Assembly: GCF_003609635.1 (NCBI RefSeq)
Contig: NZ_MCIA01000030.1
Span: forward strand, 166,984-190,983
Source: Lacrimispora algidixylanolytica
GTDB taxonomy: Bacteria > Bacillota > Clostridia > Lachnospirales > Lachnospiraceae
Reading direction: 5' to 3'
Length of the DNA stretch: 24,000 nucleotides
Part shown: one piece after another, positions 8,408-15,309 of the stretch
How the letters are laid out: each line of letters starts with the position of its first letter
Position numbering within the stretch: position 1 is the first letter of the stretch
Program-made: the position numbers and the translations under genes
Notes under the pieces: model-generated
Seen by the model: only the letters and a program-made list of their open reading frames with translations
The model's database searches: none
Told to the model about the DNA's origin: nothing

Positions 8408-8554
8408 TTAGAATTTTCTTAATTTCTTTGCATTTTCAGGTAATTTTGGCTGGTATCCAATGAAAAAGCAGGAACTGTTTGCTTCTGTTTTAGCGGAACC
8501 CAAGATGATTTTTGATGCAATTTCCAGTGATAATTTCTTTAATTCATGTTTCAT
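8408..8554 (-). CDS. agrD: AgrD-like autoinducing-peptide precursor (48 aa), absent from the supplied ORF track
   Basis: Hand translation gives MKHELKKLSLEIASKIILGSAKTEANSSCFFIGYQPKLPENAKKLRKF. GGAGG (8567..8563) lies 8 nt upstream of ATG 8554. It has an amphipathic leader, a single Cys followed by four hydrophobic residues (CFFIG), then a YQPKLPE charged tail. It ends 13 nt before agrB. Confidence 0.7.
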   Translation of the reverse strand: MKHELKKLSLEIASKIILGSAKTEANSSCFFIGYQPKLPENAKKLRKF

Positions 8555-8607
8555 TTTAAATGCCTCCATTCTTTTTATTGTTATTAAAAATATATGATTC
8601 GTTCCTT

Positions 8608-8659
8608 GTATTATTCTGATTTACATACAATCTTAAGAATTGGAGCATATATCTTAAAC
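8608..8659 (-). promoter_or_regulatory. Candidate LytTR (AgrA-type) direct repeats plus promoter in front of agrD
   Basis: Minus-strand 9-mers GTTTAAGAT (8659..8651) and TCTTAAGAT (8638..8630) share the core TTAAGAT at exactly 21-bp spacing. The proximal repeat overlaps a -35 TTAAGA (8636..8631); a 17-nt spacer then leads to -10 TAATAC (8613..8608). Confidence 0.4.
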
Positions 8660-9310
8660 TTCCATTACCTTTAGATTTGGTGAAACAATTAGATGTGCTT
8701 CTGTCTGATTCTGGACATCTTCTAGAGTGAATCCTGGAGCAATTTCCTTTAACACAAGTCCCTTATTGGGAACTACATCTATGACTGCCATATCGGTCAC
8801 TATGGTCTTTGCTACTTTTGTGGCGGTCAAGGGAAGTCTGCATCTTCTAAGTATCTTTGGTGCTCCGTTTTTACTTACGTGCTCCATGGCTAAAATCACC
8901 TTTTTTGCTCCCACGACCAGATCCATGGCTCCACCCATACCAGGTACTTTTTTACCCGGAATCATCCAGTTGGCAACGTTTCCCTCTTCATCCACTTCCA
9001 AAGCTCCTAATACCGTAACATCTACGTGTCCGCCCCGTATAAGACTAAAGGAGAATGCGCTGTCAAAGTAACTGGCTCCTTTTACCGTAGTCACATAATT
9101 TCCACCTGCGTCAATACAGTTTAAAGATTCTTCCTCCTGGCTGGCATTGGGTCCCACGCCCATGATTCCATTTTCTGCTTCTAGCATGACATGAACATCT
9201 TCTGGTATGTAGTTAGCCACCATGGTTGGCATACCAATGCCAAGATTGACAACATCACCATCTTTTAATTCCTTTGCGATTCTTTTTGCAATCAATTCTC
9301 TCTTATCCAT
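8654..9310 (-). CDS. ctfB: Acetate/3-oxoacid CoA-transferase subunit B
   Basis: 218 aa. MDKRELIAKRIAKELKDGDVVNLGIGMPT. Catalytic-glutamate ENG motif within LEAENGIMG. Confidence 0.92.
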   Translation of the reverse strand: MDKRELIAKRIAKELKDGDVVNLGIGMPTMVANYIPEDVHVMLEAENGIMGVGPNASQEEESLNCIDAGGNYVTTVKGASYFDSAFSFSLIRGGHVDVTVLGALEVDEEGNVANWMIPGKKVPGMGGAMDLVVGAKKVILAMEHVSKNGAPKILRRCRLPLTATKVAKTIVTDMAVIDVVPNKGLVLKEIAPGFTLEDVQNQTEAHLIVSPNLKVMEV

Positions 9311-9313
9311 ATT

Positions 9314-9970
9314 TTAACCCACCTTTACTATGGCATTAACTAAGACTCCAGGAACATTTACATGATTTGGTTCAATTTCTCCAATTGGTACAATCTCATT
9401 AACCTCAGCAATCACATAGTCCGCAGCCGTTGCCATGACAATATTAAAATTACGGGAAGAACCTCTGATGATCAAGTTACCGGCTTCGTCTGCTTTGTCT
9501 GCCTTAATGAAGGCTACATTTGCTTTTAAAGGCATCTCAAGAAGGTATTCCTTTCCCTGGATTTCAAGTTTTTCCTTGCCTTCTTCCACAATCGTACCAA
9601 GACCAACCGGGGTTAATACCCCTCCAAGACCAGCTCCACCAGAACGTATCTTCTCCGCTAAAGTGCCCTGTGGGAAAAGCTTAACCTCTGCTTCCCCTGA
9701 CATCATAAGTCTTCCGGTTTCTGGATTAGAGCCAATATAGGATGCGAAGATACGTTTGACTCTTCCACTTTTTACAAGCTGAAATATGGATAGATCTTTG
9801 GTACCGGTATCATTTGATATAACGGTTAGGTCTTTGGCTGAATTTGTTTCTAATAACGCATTTACCAGATGCTCCGGGTGACCTCCTGCTAAAAAGCCAC
9901 CTACCATGATTGCATCTCCATCTTTTACTTTTTCTACTGCTTCTTTGGCTGATAACAATTTACTTTTCAT
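9314..9970 (-). CDS. ctfA: Acetate/3-oxoacid CoA-transferase subunit A
   Basis: 218 aa. AKEAVEKVKDGDAIMVGGFLAGGHPEHL is typical of subunit A. It sits 3 nt upstream of subunit B. Confidence 0.92.
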   Translation of the reverse strand: MKSKLLSAKEAVEKVKDGDAIMVGGFLAGGHPEHLVNALLETNSAKDLTVISNDTGTKDLSIFQLVKSGRVKRIFASYIGSNPETGRLMMSGEAEVKLFPQGTLAEKIRSGGAGLGGVLTPVGLGTIVEEGKEKLEIQGKEYLLEMPLKANVAFIKADKADEAGNLIIRGSSRNFNIVMATAADYVIAEVNEIVPIGEIEPNHVNVPGVLVNAIVKVG

Positions 9971-9973
9971 GTC

Positions 9974-10735
9974 TTAGTTCTCCTTTCTATCCTTTAAGTA
10001 ATCATACATTACACTTGCATACGGAAGGGTTAAATCGGCAATGAAATGCCTTCCCTCCACGTAGGATTTAACGGGTAAATCAGCGACTGGCGCGTTGACG
10101 TGAGGAATTAAGTTTAATCTGGCAGGTCCTGACCAGGCCCCTTTTACAGTAATATCTTCCAGGTGATAAGAAACAAGCTGGGCAATGGCAGGGTTTCCGT
10201 CAACATCAGGAATTAATTTCAGATTTACCTGCTTTTTTGCTATGGTTTTTGCTATTTCAGTCTTATCAAGTGTGTTGTATTTAAAGGGCATCGTACCCGT
10301 TGCCACCAAAACGTTATTGTAAATTAACCTGCCGGTCAATGTTTCGGTCTCATCCACCCTCAGTGTAGGGTGGCCCCATTTTTTAGGGAATCCCCAGATT
10401 TCACGGCCTGCTAATATGGCAGGAGCATTATCTAGATACATCTGAGCAACAAAGTTGCACGCTTCTCCATGATAGGTACAGGGAATGACGATCCCGCTTT
10501 CTTCATATGAGCCTAAGCCTGAGGAATCAGGCATTTTAATCCATTCATATGTAACCGTATTGCTTCCGTCTGGCTCTAATGGTTCTGGAACCGCCTCACG
10601 GATTGCGGCTGGATCTGATTTGTAGGTGACAGTAAAAAATTCCCGGTTAATGAAACGGCACGGCGGGCGACCATAGCTGGCACTTGCCGCTGGCATTGAT
10701 TGTAAGGATAAAACATCTTCTGACGTCATAATCAT
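9974..10735 (-). CDS. adc: Acetoacetate decarboxylase
   Basis: Aligns by eye along its whole length with C. acetobutylicum Adc. Matches include GRPPCRF (Arg29 region), GSYEESG (Glu61 region), FPKKWG (catalytic Lys115/116), LKLIPDVDG and YDYLK at the C-terminus. An alternative start at ATG 10729 has better RBS spacing. Confidence 0.9.
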   Translation of the reverse strand: MIMTSEDVLSLQSMPAASASYGRPPCRFINREFFTVTYKSDPAAIREAVPEPLEPDGSNTVTYEWIKMPDSSGLGSYEESGIVIPCTYHGEACNFVAQMYLDNAPAILAGREIWGFPKKWGHPTLRVDETETLTGRLIYNNVLVATGTMPFKYNTLDKTEIAKTIAKKQVNLKLIPDVDGNPAIAQLVSYHLEDITVKGAWSGPARLNLIPHVNAPVADLPVKSYVEGRHFIADLTLPYASVMYDYLKDRKEN

Positions 10736-10759
10736 TTTCCTTTCCCTAAATGAAATCGT

Positions 10760-11944
10760 TTATATGTTAGCGTTTTCAACCAGCATCGCAATGCCCATGC
10801 CTCCGCCGATACATAAGGCAGCAACACCGTAATGTGCGGATCTACGTGTCATTTCATGAATTAAGGTAACCAGTACCCGGGCACCACTTGCCCCTAATGG
10901 ATGCCCTATGGCAATTGCACCGCCATTGACATTTATCTTTGATGAATCGATCCCAAGCTCCCTTGTGGCGGCCACTGCCTGTGCCGCAAAGGCTTCATTT
11001 AATTCAAAAAGATCAATATCATTCACCGATAATCCCTGTTTTTTCAGTAGAGTCGAAACTGCTTTTACGGGGCCCATTCCCATATAAGCAGGATCAACGC
11101 CGACAAGGGAATAGCCCTTGATGAAAGCCGCTGGCTTTAAGCCATGCTCCCTACATGCTTCCTCTGACGCTACTATCATTGCTGCCGCACCATCGCTGAT
11201 AGGGGAAGCATTTCCTGCCGTAACGGTTCCATCCTGTTTGAATACGGTTCTTAAGGTGGAAAGCTTTTCCTTAGACGTATCTGCTCTTACGTGTTCATCC
11301 TCTGTGAAGTGAATTTCTTCTTTTTTCTTTTTGATGATTACAGGAACAATCTGTCCGTCAAAAACCTTATTTTTCTGAGCTTCTGCTGCCCTTCTATTAC
11401 TTTCATAAGAAAATTCATCCTGTTCTTGTCTGGTTACTTTATACTTTTCAGCCACATTTTCCGCAGTAAGTCCCATATGGTAATCATTGATGGCACAGGT
11501 TAGGCCATCACCAATCAGACTATCCACCAGCTCACTGTTTCCAAGTTTGTAGCCTTTTCTTGCATTTCGCAAAAGGTAAGGCGCATTTGTCATACTTTCC
11601 ATACCTCCAGCTAACATAATGCTCCCATCTTCCGCTAAAATGGAATTGTAAGCAAGTGCAACTGCATGAAGGCCTGAGCCACAGAGCGTGTTTAATGTTG
11701 CCGCTGGTACCTCAACTGGTATTCCTGCTTTTATTGCCGCCTGTCTTGCTGGGTTCTGACCATTGCCAGCCTGGAGGACATTTCCCAAATAAACACTATC
11801 AATGAAAGAACTATCTAAATTACTTTGAAGAAGACATGCTTTTATAACGGTTGAACCTAATTCCATGGCACTTACGGGAGAAAGAGTGCCGTTAAAGGTT
11901 CCTACGGCTGTTCTTAAAGGACTTACTAAAGCTACTTTTTTCAT
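10760..11944 (-). CDS. thlA: Acetyl-CoA C-acetyltransferase (thiolase II)
   Basis: 394 aa. Active-site contexts are LNTLCGSGLHAV (nucleophilic Cys), NEAFAAQ, GHPLGASGAR (His) and CIGGGMG (second Cys). Confidence 0.93.
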   Translation of the reverse strand: MKKVALVSPLRTAVGTFNGTLSPVSAMELGSTVIKACLLQSNLDSSFIDSVYLGNVLQAGNGQNPARQAAIKAGIPVEVPAATLNTLCGSGLHAVALAYNSILAEDGSIMLAGGMESMTNAPYLLRNARKGYKLGNSELVDSLIGDGLTCAINDYHMGLTAENVAEKYKVTRQEQDEFSYESNRRAAEAQKNKVFDGQIVPVIIKKKKEEIHFTEDEHVRADTSKEKLSTLRTVFKQDGTVTAGNASPISDGAAAMIVASEEACREHGLKPAAFIKGYSLVGVDPAYMGMGPVKAVSTLLKKQGLSVNDIDLFELNEAFAAQAVAATRELGIDSSKINVNGGAIAIGHPLGASGARVLVTLIHEMTRRSAHYGVAALCIGGGMGIAMLVENANI

Positions 11945-12972
11945 AAATATTCATTCCTTTCATTTATTCGTTTGTCGGTTACCAATCAGAAATTATGATT
12001 TCAAATGTGAGACACGGTTTTATTCATGCGCTGCGTTATGTAGGGTGATTTTTCAAATTTTGAAGGTGCCTGTGGTGGTATCTTTTTGATTGATTCGTCA
12101 TATTATTAGCTCCTTTCTTCTTTCATTTGTATCACAAGGGTATTTTGCTACTCTTATTCTGGTATTTCAATACTGGTTACATAACTTACAGTTTTTGTAG
12201 TATGAGTAACAGAAAAAGGAGCCAATACAAGATTAGCTCCCGAAACTTTTGATTCTGAGTTCTTAACAAAGAATTTGAAACATATATTAAAATTCAGCCT
12301 TCTTTTTTTTAATTCAAAAAGATAACAAGAATAATTATGGCTAAACTATGGTTCAAAGAATTACTCTATTTTAAAAATTTATTGTTATCTTTTTAAGTCA
12401 ACGTCTTGTAAACAACTAGGTCGATACTCTACTTAAAAATATTTAAATATTTAAGATTATATAAGTTAGCAAGAAAAAGAAAAGGAACTTTTATAACATG
12501 CTTTTTTAGTTATTAAACCAATCATTTTAAATACTTTAGGAATAAGAGAAACAAGTTTTGTCCGTTAAACTCTGTCCTTTCATCAAAACTTATTGGTTAA
12601 AAACTGTATTATAAGAATTATTGGCATCAAAACATATGCCATTTTACTTATCATTTAAAATAATTTAATAACAACATTCATATCTTTCGGAAAGGTAGGA
12701 ACCATTGAACGTATCAAATTTAGAGAGATTAATCCATAGAATAACAGAAGTAACAACCGTAGCAGATGTGGGTTTTCATAAAATTGAAAAAGGATATCTA
12801 AATCCTATTTATAAGACATAGACCGAAGTCTTAGGAATGGAACGGTGGTGGAGCAATTGGAGTACAGGTCGAAAGGGCCAGTCGTTATAGAGATTGTTAC
12901 GGATGGCAGTGAACCTGCACCCAATGGAGATCGCTTAAAGGCATTACAAAAACACGATTAAAATATATAGAG

Positions 12973-14283
12973 CTATAAATTAAATATAATTTTACAACTA
13001 AATTTTTTATTTGCTTCTTCTAAAACCATGCTTCCATTATATTTTTTTATAATATTTTCAACATTTAATAAACCGATTCCATGGTTTTTCCCTTTTCTAG
13101 AAACCGGTTTGCCAAAATTCCATTTTTCTATTGGCATGGTACAATTACTAATATTGATGACGATAAATTCATTGTATTTGTCCAGTTTCATGTCAATGTA
13201 TCTGTGATTGGGAACTAGGTCACAGGCTTCGATTGCGTTGTCAAGAAGATTACCAAACACGGTGGTTACTTCAATGGGTTCCATAAAGCCTAGATCTACA
13301 ATACCAATATCCAAGTTAAAACAAATGGAATGAAGACTGGCAATCCTTTTTTTATCATTTAATAACACGTTTAATATTGGATTGTTTGTATAATCCTCCA
13401 AACACAGAGGTACCAACATCTGACCGATTTCCTTTGCATAAGTCTTTGCCATATCATCTTTATTGGCCTCATACAGATTCTCTATCATCTTTAAATGCTT
13501 GTTTACATCATGGAGGATTTTAACGGATTCATTATACTTTTCTCCTTGTTCCTCATAAAATTCATATTGTAGGATGGACTGTTGCTCTAATAGCTTAAGT
13601 TTAATCTTAAGCTGGCTGTTTTCTTCCACGAACCGGGCAAAGTAAGAAAAATAAAGGTCAGCAATTAATATGCAGCCCATGTTAATTAAAATTAGGATAT
13701 GATCAGTCTGACTGTTCACTTTAGAAATAACAAGTAAAATGACTGCCAGATTGGCTATGCTATATAAAATAACAAACAGTTCTATCAGACATTGTGACTT
13801 ATTAAAGGTCCGGTTTAAATCGTCTCTCCAAAGCTTAGCAATGATCTGATAATAGGAAATCAGCACAAACAATTTGGAAAAGGTGATTTCCATACTTTCA
13901 GACACGATTGGATCAACATGAAGTATTTGAAATCGCCATAGGATATAATCTAACAGCTCAACACCAACTGCCTCACATATGGATAAAATTAATATGAGTA
14001 CCGTGATATCAGCAAGCCTATGTATCACTTTTTTATTCATATGATTAAATAAAGTGATGTTCACAAGGCAAGGCAGAATAATCCAGCTTGCTATATTAAT
14101 CACTGGATTATTGAATAAATTAAGAAATACAATTATAATAGGAACTGCTGCTTCTGTAAAGAAATATAGGTATGGATTATGATAGGCCCGCTCATTTCTT
14201 TCTTCCATAAACTGGAATACAATGACGCCGTTAACAAGACATGAAATGATGGAGCCAGATATAAATATAATATAATTTTCCAT
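12973..14283 (-). CDS. AgrC-type (HPK10 family) membrane sensor histidine kinase
   Basis: 436 aa. The N-terminal ~200 aa is polytopic and hydrophobic. H-box ILHDVNKHL. N-box FGNLLDNAIEA. G-box GKNHGIGLLNVENI (GHKL ATPase). It starts 8 nt after the LytTR regulator. Confidence 0.85.
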   Translation of the reverse strand: MENYIIFISGSIISCLVNGVIVFQFMEERNERAYHNPYLYFFTEAAVPIIIVFLNLFNNPVINIASWIILPCLVNITLFNHMNKKVIHRLADITVLILILSICEAVGVELLDYILWRFQILHVDPIVSESMEITFSKLFVLISYYQIIAKLWRDDLNRTFNKSQCLIELFVILYSIANLAVILLVISKVNSQTDHILILINMGCILIADLYFSYFARFVEENSQLKIKLKLLEQQSILQYEFYEEQGEKYNESVKILHDVNKHLKMIENLYEANKDDMAKTYAKEIGQMLVPLCLEDYTNNPILNVLLNDKKRIASLHSICFNLDIGIVDLGFMEPIEVTTVFGNLLDNAIEACDLVPNHRYIDMKLDKYNEFIVINISNCTMPIEKWNFGKPVSRKGKNHGIGLLNVENIIKKYNGSMVLEEANKKFSCKIIFNL

Positions 14284-14291
14284 CTTCTCTC

Positions 14292-15035
14292 CTAAATAGC
14301 ACTTTGTATAAATGTATTTAATTTTTTTCTAAAATCAGCTGATTTTTTTTGTGAAACAGGAATTATATCGTTGTTATTTAAAAACACCTCATAGCCTTTA
14401 ATTTTTTTAACATGTCTTAAATTGATCAAAAAACACTGATGGCATGCTTCAAAGTTATGCATCTGCATTTTCTCTGCCAAATCTTTCATTTTATCTTTAA
14501 AGAAATATTCTTCATTTTCCAATTTTATTTTTATTTTTCGATTAAAGTATTCAAAATAATAGATATCTTTCACTTCAAAATCCTTAATTCTGTTTTCCAG
14601 TTCCCCATCTTGGGTAATTTCTAGTATCTCAAATTTGATTGTTTCATCTTTTTCATGTTCTTCTAGTATGCATTGTAAAATTTCATCAAGCTGTCGATCC
14701 ATCTTATCTTTTGTAATTGGTTTTACTAAATATGCAAATGCGTGCACACGATTGACTGCTTGTTTACAATATTGTTTATAACTGGTGGTGTAAATAACTT
14801 TAGAATTTCGACTGGTTTCCCGAATGATTTTTCCTACCTGGATCCCATTCATTCCGCCTAAGCCGATATCAAGAAATAACAATTCAAAAACCTCTCTGGT
14901 TTCAAGCAACTCTTCTCCTGATTGAAACCGTTTTAACTGATAGGGCATCTCTTTTGGACTCATGTAATCTTTAATCAAAGCTTCAATCTTTGCAGCATCA
15001 CTTTTGTCATCGTCACAAATAGCAATAGAAAGCAT
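14292..15035 (-). CDS. LytTR-family response regulator (AgrA-like)
   Basis: 247 aa. Receiver domain MLSIAICDDD...LLFLDIGLGGMNG. C-terminal LytTR domain FEACHQCFLINLRHVKKIKGYEVFLNNNDIIPVSQKK. Confidence 0.9.
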   Translation of the reverse strand: MLSIAICDDDKSDAAKIEALIKDYMSPKEMPYQLKRFQSGEELLETREVFELLFLDIGLGGMNGIQVGKIIRETSRNSKVIYTTSYKQYCKQAVNRVHAFAYLVKPITKDKMDRQLDEILQCILEEHEKDETIKFEILEITQDGELENRIKDFEVKDIYYFEYFNRKIKIKLENEEYFFKDKMKDLAEKMQMHNFEACHQCFLINLRHVKKIKGYEVFLNNNDIIPVSQKKSADFRKKLNTFIQSAI

Positions 15036-15309
15036 TCATATCCTCCTGTCATCTACTTAAAGTTCATGGTTATGCCAAAATTCATGTCAAACTCTTCTGC
15101 ACACTGTCAGCCTTTGATTGATACAGGCAGAACTGCTGTCTATTTCATTTTTATGATTCTAAATCTATACTATCATCATCTGAATAAAAATCTCCAATAT
15201 GTAAAAATCAACCATTTGCACGTAATTATTAATGGTAATACTGAAACCTGCATTGTATTTTTTTCCTATATTATTTCCTTTGTATCGAATCCGATGGTGT
15301 TTGAAAGAC

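Noticed and set aside
12142-12200. CCAG/CTGG repeats (AACCAGTAT / ATACCAGAA, minus strand) upstream of the putative thl promoter, considered as VirR/AgrA-type boxes
   Set aside because: The spacing is 14 nt rather than 21-22, and similarity to the agrD-proximal repeats is weak. They are kept only as context for the gap finding.
12536-12779. Tiny Cys-containing minus-strand ORFs in the gap: MKGQSLTDKTCFSYS (12536-12583), MKTHICYGCYFCYSMD (12729-12779), plus 19-23-codon hydrophobic ORFs
   Set aside because: None has a Shine-Dalgarno sequence. ORFs this short are expected by chance in 1 kb of AT-rich DNA.
15085-15140. GACAG-containing repeats (GACAGCAGTT / GACAGTGTGC, minus strand) and a TTGACA upstream of the regulator gene, considered as LytTR boxes for autoregulation
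   Set aside because: The repeats are 32 nt apart rather than about 21. They share only 5 nt, and the best -10 at 17-18 nt (ATGAAC/TGAACT) is poor.
15176-15253. 25-codon hydrophobic minus-strand ORF (MQVSVLPLIITCKWLIFTYWRFLFR) upstream of the LytTR regulator, considered as a second pheromone or type-I toxin
   Set aside because: It has only a weak AGGAAA 9 nt upstream and no charged AgrD-like C-terminal tail. There is no nearby antisense-RNA signature. This is not enough to call.
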